The position numbers and the translations under genes were made by a program. The notes under the pieces are model-generated. The model was not told the DNA's origin. It was given only the letters and a program-made list of their open reading frames with translations, and ran no database searches. Below, piece by piece: positions 8,350-17,389 of a DNA stretch of 64,000 nt; the first letter of the stretch is position 1, and the number at the start of each line of letters is the position of its first letter. This DNA comes from Thermoanaerobaculia bacterium (GTDB lineage: Bacteria; Acidobacteriota; Thermoanaerobaculia; Gp7-AA8): the NCBI GenBank assembly GCA_035516895.1, contig DATIZY010000017.1, forward strand, positions 3,472 to 67,471, written 5' to 3'.

Positions 8350-8988
8350 ATGCCGGTGGAGATTCTTCGCGTAGAGTCGCGTCGCGCGGCGCGGCAGCGG
8401 CGGATGCAGAAGGTGCAGCATCTGTTCGCGGCGGCGCTGCTGATCACGACGGCCATGCAGCACGGCCTCCGATCGCCGCTGGCGATCGCCGAAATCGCAG
8501 CCGGCGCGCTGTTGATTGCTGCGTTCGTGCGCGAGCGACTGCGCCACGGCCATCACGGCGGCGTGGCGTGGGTCGAGATCGCGGGCGCGGCGATGACGCT
8601 CGTCGAGGCGGTCGAGCGGACGCGCGGCCGTCATCATCTTTCGTTTGTCGTGCTGTCGTTTCTCGCGCCGGCGGTGCTGCTCGTCTTCGCGATCTTCGAC
8701 GCCCGCATCGCCGAAGCGCGCTACCTCAAAGCGGACGAGGACGGTTTCGAGGTCCGGCTTCGGCTCTTCTTCCGGCGCCGCGTGCGATGGAAAGAGATCC
8801 GCGGATTTCGAGCGACGAGCGACGCGATCGAGCTCGAAGGCGCTCGGAACATCTCGTTGCGCGGCATCGTCGATCGGGAGGCCGCGGTGCAGTGGAGTGT
8901 TGAGCAGTTCCGCAAGCGAGGCGTGCCGGAGCTAGAAGACACGGCGGACCAGGAGCAGCGTCGCATAGGCGAGGCCGGCGATCGCTAG
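8350..8988 (+). CDS. Putative membrane protein with bacterial PH-like (bPH_2/YdbT-like) C-terminal domain
   Basis: In-frame ATG at 8350 followed by three hydrophobic helices, then a DGFEVRLRLFFRRRVRWKEIRGF segment resembling bPH_2. It is the 3' portion of a long, otherwise implausible ORF (6592..8988). Confidence 0.4.
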   Translation: MPVEILRVESRRAARQRRMQKVQHLFAAALLITTAMQHGLRSPLAIAEIAAGALLIAAFVRERLRHGHHGGVAWVEIAGAAMTLVEAVERTRGRHHLSFVVLSFLAPAVLLVFAIFDARIAEARYLKADEDGFEVRLRLFFRRRVRWKEIRGFRATSDAIELEGARNISLRGIVDREAAVQWSVEQFRKRGVPELEDTADQEQRRIGEAGDR

Positions 8989-9645
8989 CAGGATCGTCCA
9001 CTTGTTGTCTTTGATCACCTGCCAGAGCGACGCCTGCTCCGGCGGTTTGTTCTGCTTCCGCGCGAGCACGTCCATGCGCGTATGTTCCTGCCGCAGGTCC
9101 TGCATGGTGTCGTTGACGCGCTGCTCGAACTGCTTGAGCGGCTGCGGCGATTCGGCGGGCACCGCGACGCCGCGCTGCGTGTCGATCTTCACGAGGTCCG
9201 AGGGCACCGGAGCGACAACGCGATCGCCGTGCTCGTCGCTCGTGACGTCGTACGCGCCCTGGTCGAAGAAGAGCACGGTCGGCCCCACGTTCGAGTCTTT
9301 GACGAAGAGCACGTTCTCTGCACCGGGACGAAACGCCGGGACGCCGATGCTGGTCTGATGCAGCGAACCGATGTGCCCGCCTGGAGTCACGATTGTGACT
9401 TCCGGTGCGGCCGATCCTTTCATCGCCTTCTCGACCTGGAATGTCGAGTACGTCAGGATCCAGCGGCCGCTGGGATCGAACCGCGATTCCTGGCTGACGC
9501 ATTTGCCGAGGATGATGGCCGCGGCTTTGTCGACTTTCTGCTGGAACGAAGCGGCCACGGCCAAGGAAGCCTGAAGAGCCGGCGCGGTGAAGAGAAGCGC
9601 GGAGAAGGCGAGGGCGCAGACTCGGTTATTTGAAGTCATGTCCAC
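8932..9645 (-). CDS. Secreted protein with C-terminal transmembrane anchor (hypothetical)
   Basis: Signal peptide MDMTSNNRVCALAFSALLFTAPALQA and C-terminal hydrophobic helix WTILLAIAGLAYATLLLV. Last gene of the minus-strand surface-protein operon. Confidence 0.5.
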   Translation of the reverse strand: MDMTSNNRVCALAFSALLFTAPALQASLAVAASFQQKVDKAAAIILGKCVSQESRFDPSGRWILTYSTFQVEKAMKGSAAPEVTIVTPGGHIGSLHQTSIGVPAFRPGAENVLFVKDSNVGPTVLFFDQGAYDVTSDEHGDRVVAPVPSDLVKIDTQRGVAVPAESPQPLKQFEQRVNDTMQDLRQEHTRMDVLARKQNKPPEQASLWQVIKDNKWTILLAIAGLAYATLLLVRRVF

Positions 9646-9678
9646 CGATGAACAAGCAATCGACAGGCCACGTTCCCG

Positions 9679-11070
9679 TCATGGACGCGGGGGCAAAACG
9701 ATGGCCCTTTCTTCGCTCGTTTCAATGACTTCCGTCTTATTGCCGATGCCGTGAACTCGCCAGCGGGCCGCCTTCCTGATCCTGCCGCGTGGGAGGAGAT
9801 CGATGTCGGGCCGGACCATCGGGAACGAGGTCTTCGGCGTCTGCGCGGCGAAGAGCACGCTGCCTGTGTCATCGAGAATTTCGAAGACGAAAAACGACGC
9901 GGCGCCCGGCTGAGACTCGTGCCACGAGAACGCGAGCTGACCGGCGAGCGTCACGCCGTCGAACGGCGCGTCGGGGATGATCGTCGGCCCCGTCGGTGCG
10001 GGGCCGAGGAGGATCGCTCCGGGACCGCTGTTCGATGCTGAGGCTGTCGATGCGACCGCGGCCACCGGGCCGCGTGCTGCAGTCAATGAGACAAGCACGT
10101 CGACGGTTGCTTCGGTCGGCGACGTGAACAGCGGCGTGCCGACGATCGTCACGTCTTTGCCGAATGTGATCGTCGTCTCCGATGAAAAGTTCTTGCCGAT
10201 GAGGTGAAGTGTGTATCGCTGGCCGGCCTGCAGCTTCGAGGGAGAGATGACATCGATGCGCGGCCCGATCACCATCTCGGTCGGACGCACCGGCTGCGGC
10301 ACTTCCGGTTGCGGCACGGGCACCGGTTCGGGCTGCGGTGCGGGTGGGGGCGGCGTGATGCGACTGCCAGCCGCTTCGCCGGATGGTTGCGGCTGTGGCT
10401 GCGGCTGCGGCTGTGGAACGGGAGCGGGCTGCGGCTGTGGCTGCGTGCCGGGGAGTTTTCCTGCCGTCGGTTCGCCGGTCGGCTGCGGAACCGGAGTCGG
10501 CTGCGGAACCGGAACAGGCTTTGGCTCTGGAGGAGGTTGCGGCGTCGGAACGGGCGCCGGTTGCGGCTGAGGAACAGGCGTGGGTTGTGGCTGCGGCTGC
10601 GGTTGCGGTTGCGGTTGTGGTTGTGGTTGTGGTTGCGGCTGCGGCTGCGGTTGTGGTTGTGGCTGTGGCTGTGGTTGTGGTTGCGGCTGCGGTTGCGGTT
10701 GTGGCTGCGGTTGCGGCTGTGGTTGTGGCTGCGGCTGCGGGTTCACGGTGAACGCATTCGCAACGCGCACCGGCGTCGGCGCGGCAGCCGTCGCCACGGG
10801 CGTGTAGACGAATGTGTACGCGCTCGTTGGCGCCGTCGGCGAGATCTGAATCGTGAATTGCAGGAACCTGTTCGGATTGCGCGGATTGGAAACGGCGATT
10901 TTGCCCGCTGGTTCGAACGAGATCCCGCCGCCCGGTGGCCACGTCACGTTTGTCGTGATGTCGAGAGTCTCGCCCTGGATGCCGCTGGACGGCGTGAGCG
11001 CGACCTTCGGAAGGGCGACCGACGCCGCGATGAGCAGCGCGCCGAGGGCGACGAAGAAGAGACGCTTCAT
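9679..11070 (-). CDS. Secreted PQ-repeat surface protein: two globular domains joined by a (PQ)n / Pro-rich linker
   Basis: Signal peptide MKRLFFVALGALLIAASVA. About 26 perfect PQ dipeptide repeats flanked by PxP-rich sequence, and a C-terminal beta-rich domain. The start ATG overlaps the stop of the upstream giant gene (ATGA), implying translational coupling. Confidence 0.6.
   Translation of the reverse strand: MKRLFFVALGALLIAASVALPKVALTPSSGIQGETLDITTNVTWPPGGGISFEPAGKIAVSNPRNPNRFLQFTIQISPTAPTSAYTFVYTPVATAAAPTPVRVANAFTVNPQPQPQPQPQPQPQPQPQPQPQPQPQPQPQPQPQPQPQPQPQPQPQPQPQPQPTPVPQPQPAPVPTPQPPPEPKPVPVPQPTPVPQPTGEPTAGKLPGTQPQPQPAPVPQPQPQPQPQPSGEAAGSRITPPPPAPQPEPVPVPQPEVPQPVRPTEMVIGPRIDVISPSKLQAGQRYTLHLIGKNFSSETTITFGKDVTIVGTPLFTSPTEATVDVLVSLTAARGPVAAVASTASASNSGPGAILLGPAPTGPTIIPDAPFDGVTLAGQLAFSWHESQPGAASFFVFEILDDTGSVLFAAQTPKTSFPMVRPDIDLLPRGRIRKAARWRVHGIGNKTEVIETSEERAIVLPPRP
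10584..10741. repeat. Perfect hexanucleotide microsatellite (GGYTGY)n of ~26 units, encoding (PQ)26 on the minus strand
   Basis: Directly visible as ggttgtggctgcggctgcggttgcggttgcggttgtggttgtgg... Degenerate copies extend upstream to ~10300. Confidence 0.85.
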
Positions 11071-14000
11071 TGGCTCACCGCGGACGTCGTCGAAGGATTG
11101 TTCGTCTTGGTTGCGTTGATGCTCGCCGGCACGGCGACCACCGTCGTTCCGTTCATCGCCTGGCCGCTGCTCGCGCCCCAGTTGAACGACATGGTCCCGA
11201 CGTATTGGTGAATGAACTTCGGCGGCGGGATCTGCCCTGTGGAGCTGCTGCGGTTCGCGTCGGCTGAGAACTGCAGGGACAAGTGCTGCGTGAGGCGCTG
11301 CGGCGTCCATGTGACGAGCGCCTGGTAATCCTCGCTGCGCGACTCCAGGTTCGTCAGGTCATTTTTCGAACGGCTGAAATTGACGCGGGGCTGCAGCATG
11401 ATTCCCCAGTTTGGGAGCGTCCAGCTCGGCTGCAGTGACGCGAGATACTGATCCGTGGTCCCGACGGCGGAGCTGCCCGCCGTACGCGTGCCCGACAGCA
11501 CAGCCGACAGATTGAGGTACGGCGTCGGAGTGCCGCCGAAGGTCAGCGTCGCCGCGCTCGTGGTCGAGTCGGAGATCGGTGTGATGCGATCGTGAAGTTT
11601 CTGCACCGTCATGGTCTGCGACAAATTGAAGATCCCGATCGCCTCGGTCACCGTGCCGTTGGCTCCCGATTGGGTGCGATCGAGATCCGGCAGTCCGTAG
11701 CTGGGATTGCCCGAGCCGCGATCGGCCGTCCAGTTCCCGCCTAACGCGAGCGTCGTTCGCTGGCCGATGGAGGTCGTGACCGCCAGGACTCCGCCATTTT
11801 CGCGATTGCGCGGAAGGATCGCGCCCGACGAGTTGCCGTCGCGGAGCGTTCGCAGCTGCAGCGAGAGCGACGTGCGATTGATGACCTTGGTCAGCGAGAG
11901 ATTCGCGCCCGTTCGATCGGGAACGCCGCCGGGTGTGAGTGCGCGGTTCGCCGGATTGACGTAGTCCGCCTCGGTTCGCCGCAGATTGAGCACATATGCG
12001 AACGTTCCCCAGTTGCCGGTCGCGTCGAGCCGCAGCGCGCTGCCCTCGTGTTTCGGTCCGACGGTGGTGGGGTTCGGGTCGAAGCCGCCGTGCGATCCTT
12101 CGAAGATCAGCGTCAGCTTCGGATCGAAGATGTACTTCGCGAAGACGCCGAACGCTTTGCCGACTCCGCCGGCGGAGTTCGGGCCGGCGTCGTCCGTGAC
12201 GCGGAAACCCATCAGCCGGAAGTCCCACTTGTCGTTCGGCTCGGTCTGCAGGGCCGCGGCGCGGATGATCGTCTTCGGACCGAAGTCTCCCGCGAGAACG
12301 CCGGCCGGCTTTGTGCCGAAGGTCTCATATCCCGAGGCGATCATGTGGAAGAGGTGGAGGCGGCCTTCGACGCCGCCGCGCGCGACGCCTGTCGCGAGCA
12401 GCTCCGACTGATCGAGAAAATCGGGCGCGGCGTAACCGATCTTCGCTTCCGGCTGCACGAGGCCCTGCTGCCGCGTGAAATCAGTCAGCCAGTTGCGGCT
12501 CTCCTGCACGGTCTTGTTCGGGTCGGCGAGATCGTGGCGCACCGACATGTCGCCGGTGACTTTCGCTCCCTTGGCGTTCTCGGCGAGGTCGGTTTGCGCG
12601 GAGAACTGCGTGCGCGCGGCATTCGGCTGTCCCGGCGCATCGCCGCCGGCGGCGGTGATCGTGCCGTTCGGCGTCACCGCCCAATCTTTTTGCAGCGATG
12701 GCGCGGCAGGCTGCGCCGCTTCGGGAGCGACCTCCACGTCGAAGCTCCACGTCGTGACCGCGCCCGCGAGCGACAGCCGGACCGAGTGCGTGCCGTTTGC
12801 GAGCGGCAGGAGCGAGTCGTAGTTGATCGAAGCCGCGTCGATTTTCGAGACATTCGTGACGTCGGTCTGATCGAGAGTCATCGCGACGTCCTGCGCTTTC
12901 ACCGTGCCGCTCCATGTCGCGCTGATGTGCGGCTGGTTCGTTGCGACTTTCGATCCGTCCGCCGGCTGCTGATTCGTGACGGCGGGCTTCTGCTGCACGA
13001 GAGCGATCGGCTGCTTCGCGGGCGCGCGCCCGACGTTCGCCGTCGGCGATGCGCCTAACACAACGCCGCCGGGCCCGATCGCCGTCACACGGACGGACGT
13101 GCCGCCGACGCCCGGCGGAATCGCGAAGTCGCTGGCTGCGGTGAGCGCCGAATAGACGACGTTGCCGGCGGCATCGAGCACGTCCACGCGGTACAGCAGC
13201 CCGCTGACGCCGCCGCGCCAGCGCACGTGCCGCTGCTGCACGGTCGCGGTGAGATCGACGTGCTGCGGCACGATCGCGAAGCGCTGCCACTCCGTCGGCT
13301 CGCTTTCGGTTTCGCCGGCGAACACGGCACGGACGCGCCAGCGATGAATGCCCGGCCCGATCTCCTGCAGCGTCCGGGCGCTCGGCTTCCATTGCGCGTC
13401 CGACAGCCGGAAGCGGCGCGGCAGGAGATCGTTGTCGATCTCCACGACGTAGCCGCTGCTGTTCGGAACGAGCGACCAGCGGAACAGCGGCGACGCGCTT
13501 CCGATCACCATGCCGTCGCGCGGCGCGAGCAGCGTCAGGCGCGAGACGCTGTTCGGCGCCATCAGCACGTGCAGCGAAGGTGCGGCGGCGAATTGCGGCG
13601 ACTCGATCTGCAGCTCGAGCGTGTGCGCGCCCTCGTACGAGATCGGCAGCGGCAGATGCGTGCGGACTTCGGCCGGATATCCGCCGCCGACGTTCACCGT
13701 GAATCGATCGAACGGCACGCCGTCGAACTTCCAGACGCCGATGATCGTGCCCGTTCCGGTCGTGGCCAGCAGGCCGCGGGGAAAGACGTTTTGCGACGGC
13801 GCGATCATCGTTCCTTCCGCCGGGAAAACGATCGCCGCGGTCGTGACGCCGAGGGGCGCGGCGATCGAGCCGCGCGGGTAGACGAGAAGCGTCGCGGTTG
13901 CGCTGCCGCCGTCGGGATTCGTCAGCATCAGCGTCGTCGCTCCCGGCGGCGCCTCGGCGATGACGCTCATCGTCACATCGGCGATTTCCGGCGTGATGAC

Positions 14001-16664
14001 GTTGACATTCTCGATGCGGACGCCGGGGTTGACGACCGACACGCGTGCACCCGGCTCGAAGAAGCGGCCTAACAAACGCTCGACGATCGAGCGCTCGCCC
14101 GTCGCGACCGCCGGCGGAACGACGGTGGTAATCACGGGACGCGGAGGCAGAATGCTGAGTGCGACGTCGACGAAATGCGTCGGATCGCTGTTGCCGATGA
14201 AGCGGAGCGTGGCCGGACCCACCGTCGCGTTCGCGGCGATGTCGATCTCGACCTGCTGCGTCTGCCCTGGCGCAATCGTGAACGATGGCGGATTCAGCGA
14301 CACGCCCGGAGGCGGAGTCGCCGTGATCGCGACGCCGCCGGTGAACGCGTTCGATCCGACGACGCCGATCGTCACATTGCCGCTGCTGCCGGCCGCGATC
14401 GAAGTCGCGGATGGCGCGGCGGTGAGCGCGTAATCGGGGCGGCCGCTGACGTTGATGTTCAGCGTCGCGGTCCTTGGGCCGCTGACACCGGCTGCGGTTC
14501 CGGAGAACAACACGCTGCCGGAACTCACGAGTGTGGAGGTGCCGATCGAGATCGTGACGTTGAGCGGAGTGCCCGGAGTCAGCGTGAATGCCGATGGAGT
14601 CACCGAAACGCCCGCAGTCGGGGACGTTGTGACGCTGACCGGACCCGAAAAACCGTTGAGGCCCGTCGCCAGCACGCTCACCTGCATGCTCGCCGATTGC
14701 GCGAGCGAGATCATCGACGGCGAGACCGAGAGTGTGAAGTCGGGCGACCCGGTGATCGTGATGAGGACCGGCGCGGTGTGCGTGCCGACGCCGGTTGCGG
14801 TGCCCGTGAACACGCCGCTGAATGTCGCGGGAGCCGCGCCCGGCGCGATCTTCACCGTGACCGTTTGCGATCCGCCGGCCGGTATCGTGAAGGCCGAAGG
14901 CGTGAAGGTGACGTCGGCGCTGCCCGGCGACGTGACGGACACGGAACCGGTGAATCCGTTCAGCGGTTGCGTCGAGACGGTGAGCGTCGACGTTCCGCCG
15001 GAGGCGATCGAAAGGGAGGAGGGATCAGCGGTGAGAGTGAAGTCGGGGCCGGCGACGACGTTCACCGCGATCGGAGCGGTGCGCGAGCCGGTGATGCCGG
15101 GCGCGGTTCCGGTGAACACGCCGTTGTGCAGCGCCGGCGTCGCGTTGGTCGCGGCGCTGATCGTCACGGTTTGCGAGGCGCCGGGCAGCAGAGAGAACGT
15201 CTGCGGCGAGAACGCGATGCCTGCCAGCGCCGGCGCGTTGACCGTGATGCTGCCGGCGAATCCGTTCACTCCCGCGGCGGAGACGTTCACCGTCGTGCTC
15301 TGCCCCGGAGCAATCGTGACGCTCGGCGGCGCGACGGTGAGTCGGAAATCGGGCGCAGCGACGACTGTGATCGTGACGTTCTGCGTCTTCGTCGTGCCGG
15401 ATGCCGGCGTGAAGGTGAACGTCGAGGTGTACGTTCCCGGCGCGACGTTGCTCGCGGCCTGAGCGACGAACGTCGCCGGCGCCGCGCTGCTCGTCGGAGT
15501 GAACGTGATTCCCGGCGGAGCGGCGGGCGTGACGGTGACCGTGCTGGTGAAGCACGCGTTCGGCGTGATCGACGCGTTGATCGATTGTCCTCCGCCGCCG
15601 GCGGTCAGCGTGATCGCGTTCGGGATGGCGGCCGGCGTGTAGTCGGGCGCGGTGACGGTGATCGAGAGGTTGACGTTCTTGTTGATGTTCGCGGCGGGAT
15701 CGGAAACGTTCAGGACCGCGATGTACGTCCCCGGCGCGGCAGTCCCCGCGTCGACGTTGAACGGAAGCGACTGGTTCGGCGGCATCGCCGCGGCGGCGGG
15801 AAGCGCACTGATGTTGACCCCCGCTGGAATCGAGGTGAACGCGACGCGCGGTGTGCCGCTGTAGCCGTTGACCGGAGCGAGATTGATCGCATCGGAGGCC
15901 GGCGCGCCGCCCTGACAAACGTTGATCGCAGGATTGCTGAAGATCGCCGAGATGTCGGGCTGCTGCACGATGATCGTCAGCGCGTTCGGAAATACCTTCT
16001 GAACTCCAAGCTCGTCGACGCCAGTGAGCGTGCCGCTGTACGCTCCCGGCGTCGCCCCTGCGCCTAACGAGAACGTGAACGTCAGCGGGTTGTACGGTTG
16101 TGGCGTCGTCTGCGCCGGAGGCACGTTGATGAACGACGGGAATCCGCTGAACGAGTACGTGAGCTGTTTCGCGCCGAAGCCGGGATCGGGTTTCGTCGTC
16201 ACGGTCACCGACTGCGCCGTCCCGCCGATGACCAGCGTCGTCGGGTTCGGAGCGACGCTCGCGGTGTACGACGGAGTGTTGACGACGAGTGTGACGGTCG
16301 TCGTGCCCGCGCCGAACGCATCGCGGAGAGTGATGGGATACGTGCCTGGGGTCGTGCCGGCGCCGACCGCGAATCGAAACGATGTCGACGCCGATGTCGA
16401 GTTGAGCGTGTACGGATAGGTCACCGGCGACGGCAGCGTGTTGACGCCGGCCGGCAGTCCGCCGACGACCACGGTTCCGGTGGCATTGACGCTGCCGGTC
16501 GCATAGGTGAGCGTGACTGCGACGGCCGGAGTGGTCTGCGTCGGAAGGGCGCTGACCATCGCGGGGACGGCATTCACGATCGCGTACGCAATCGGGACAG
16601 CGCAGAGAATCAGACCTGTCCAGAATGCGCGCCGAAAAACCACTCCACCGGGTCGAATGTCCAT
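11067..16664 (-). CDS. Giant (1865 aa) secreted cell-surface protein with >=7 tandem Ig-like repeats and a C-terminal beta-rich domain
   Basis: Signal/anchor at N-terminus. Repeated ~100-aa units begin PDF(T/R)L(T/S)... or PDY... and contain G(F/S)(T/A/S)GS..V and GVFTGTA blocks. The C-terminal ~530 aa is Ser/Thr/Asn/Gly-rich with alternating hydrophobic residues, possibly a beta-barrel or beta-helix. Confidence 0.8.
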   Translation of the reverse strand: MDIRPGGVVFRRAFWTGLILCAVPIAYAIVNAVPAMVSALPTQTTPAVAVTLTYATGSVNATGTVVVGGLPAGVNTLPSPVTYPYTLNSTSASTSFRFAVGAGTTPGTYPITLRDAFGAGTTTVTLVVNTPSYTASVAPNPTTLVIGGTAQSVTVTTKPDPGFGAKQLTYSFSGFPSFINVPPAQTTPQPYNPLTFTFSLGAGATPGAYSGTLTGVDELGVQKVFPNALTIIVQQPDISAIFSNPAINVCQGGAPASDAINLAPVNGYSGTPRVAFTSIPAGVNISALPAAAAMPPNQSLPFNVDAGTAAPGTYIAVLNVSDPAANINKNVNLSITVTAPDYTPAAIPNAITLTAGGGGQSINASITPNACFTSTVTVTPAAPPGITFTPTSSAAPATFVAQAASNVAPGTYTSTFTFTPASGTTKTQNVTITVVAAPDFRLTVAPPSVTIAPGQSTTVNVSAAGVNGFAGSITVNAPALAGIAFSPQTFSLLPGASQTVTISAATNATPALHNGVFTGTAPGITGSRTAPIAVNVVAGPDFTLTADPSSLSIASGGTSTLTVSTQPLNGFTGSVSVTSPGSADVTFTPSAFTIPAGGSQTVTVKIAPGAAPATFSGVFTGTATGVGTHTAPVLITITGSPDFTLSVSPSMISLAQSASMQVSVLATGLNGFSGPVSVTTSPTAGVSVTPSAFTLTPGTPLNVTISIGTSTLVSSGSVLFSGTAAGVSGPRTATLNINVSGRPDYALTAAPSATSIAAGSSGNVTIGVVGSNAFTGGVAITATPPPGVSLNPPSFTIAPGQTQQVEIDIAANATVGPATLRFIGNSDPTHFVDVALSILPPRPVITTVVPPAVATGERSIVERLLGRFFEPGARVSVVNPGVRIENVNVITPEIADVTMSVIAEAPPGATTLMLTNPDGGSATATLLVYPRGSIAAPLGVTTAAIVFPAEGTMIAPSQNVFPRGLLATTGTGTIIGVWKFDGVPFDRFTVNVGGGYPAEVRTHLPLPISYEGAHTLELQIESPQFAAAPSLHVLMAPNSVSRLTLLAPRDGMVIGSASPLFRWSLVPNSSGYVVEIDNDLLPRRFRLSDAQWKPSARTLQEIGPGIHRWRVRAVFAGETESEPTEWQRFAIVPQHVDLTATVQQRHVRWRGGVSGLLYRVDVLDAAGNVVYSALTAASDFAIPPGVGGTSVRVTAIGPGGVVLGASPTANVGRAPAKQPIALVQQKPAVTNQQPADGSKVATNQPHISATWSGTVKAQDVAMTLDQTDVTNVSKIDAASINYDSLLPLANGTHSVRLSLAGAVTTWSFDVEVAPEAAQPAAPSLQKDWAVTPNGTITAAGGDAPGQPNAARTQFSAQTDLAENAKGAKVTGDMSVRHDLADPNKTVQESRNWLTDFTRQQGLVQPEAKIGYAAPDFLDQSELLATGVARGGVEGRLHLFHMIASGYETFGTKPAGVLAGDFGPKTIIRAAALQTEPNDKWDFRLMGFRVTDDAGPNSAGGVGKAFGVFAKYIFDPKLTLIFEGSHGGFDPNPTTVGPKHEGSALRLDATGNWGTFAYVLNLRRTEADYVNPANRALTPGGVPDRTGANLSLTKVINRTSLSLQLRTLRDGNSSGAILPRNRENGGVLAVTTSIGQRTTLALGGNWTADRGSGNPSYGLPDLDRTQSGANGTVTEAIGIFNLSQTMTVQKLHDRITPISDSTTSAATLTFGGTPTPYLNLSAVLSGTRTAGSSAVGTTDQYLASLQPSWTLPNWGIMLQPRVNFSRSKNDLTNLESRSEDYQALVTWTPQRLTQHLSLQFSADANRSSSTGQIPPPKFIHQYVGTMSFNWGASSGQAMNGTTVVAVPASINATKTNNPSTTSAVSQ
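14160..16280. repeat. Tandem ~290-300-bp coding repeats (Ig-like domain units) inside the giant surface-protein gene
   Basis: Protein-level periodicity of ~97-105 aa (PDFTLTADPSSLSIASGG..., PDFTLSVSPSMISLAQSAS..., PDYALTAAPSATSIAAG...) maps to roughly this DNA interval. Confidence 0.6.
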
Positions 16665-16700
16665 CTGCCGCGACTCCCCGACTCGTTTTGGACGAGGGCG

Positions 16701-17348
16701 CTAGTGTAGTTGCCGCGCGATGAAATCCGCAACGACCGCGATCGATTCCGGCGTCACGAAGTGCCCCATCGGGAACTCGTGATACTCCGGCTCGACGCCG
16801 TGACTCTCGAGCACGCGCCGCATGCGCCGTGCCGCGAGCACCGGAATCACCTCGTCCTCCGTCCCGTGCACGATGAGCACGGGGATGTCGCGCGAGAACG
16901 GCGGCGGGTCGTCCTCGTTCAGCGCGCCGCTCATGACGACGATTCCTGCCGGCTTCTTCTGCAATCGAAAGCCGGCGTCGAGCGACATCAGCCCTCCCTG
17001 CGAGAATCCCCCGAGAATCATCGCATCCGGCGGCGTGGCGTAGCGGTCACGAAGTTCATCTATGAATTTGATTAACAATTCTCGTGAACGTTTTAGCGAG
17101 CCCGGCTCCGCGGGCCAGCCGTCGAACCACGTGTAGCCGAATGTGAACCCGGGCGCCGGCTCGAACGGCTCCGGCGCGTTGGGAAAAACAAAGCGGCAGC
17201 CGCTGCCCATCATCGGCGCAAGGTCGCTCAGATCCTTCGCATCGGCGCCGCGGCCGTGCAGCACGATCACCAGCGGAAGTTCGGTCGAATCAACGGCCCC
17301 GTCTGGCGCCCTAAGTTCATACCGCAGTGAGAGTTCGCCTTCGCGCAT
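16701..17348 (-). CDS. Phospholipase/carboxylesterase-family alpha/beta hydrolase
   Basis: VIVLHGRGAD, GFSQGG (GxSxG nucleophile), and Asp/His positions (LIVHGTEDEV..., MGHFV) matching the carboxylesterase/PHB-depolymerase-like fold. Start set at the internal Met so that it does not cover the pilT RBS. Confidence 0.65.
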   Translation of the reverse strand: MREGELSLRYELRAPDGAVDSTELPLVIVLHGRGADAKDLSDLAPMMGSGCRFVFPNAPEPFEPAPGFTFGYTWFDGWPAEPGSLKRSRELLIKFIDELRDRYATPPDAMILGGFSQGGLMSLDAGFRLQKKPAGIVVMSGALNEDDPPPFSRDIPVLIVHGTEDEVIPVLAARRMRRVLESHGVEPEYHEFPMGHFVTPESIAVVADFIARQLH

Positions 17349-17389
17349 TTCGCTGTACAATAATGCCTTAATCCAGCGAGGAGACATCC

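Noticed and set aside
6592-8988. 798-aa plus-strand ORF spanning the hydrolase/acyltransferase/EAL region
   Set aside because: Arg/Ala-rich, compositionally non-protein-like, and antisense to or overlapping three well-supported genes. Only its last ~210 codons (from ATG 8350) look like a real protein.
10580-10807. ORF translating as (GC)n: MGCGCGCGCGC…
   Set aside because: A direct artefact of reading the (GGYTGY)n microsatellite on the opposite strand and frame. Not a gene.
14175-16067. 630-aa plus-strand ORF antisense to the giant surface-protein gene
   Set aside because: Extremely Arg/Gly/Asp-rich repetitive translation typical of the reverse strand of Thr/Ala/Gly-rich coding repeats in high-GC DNA. 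No start or RBS context.
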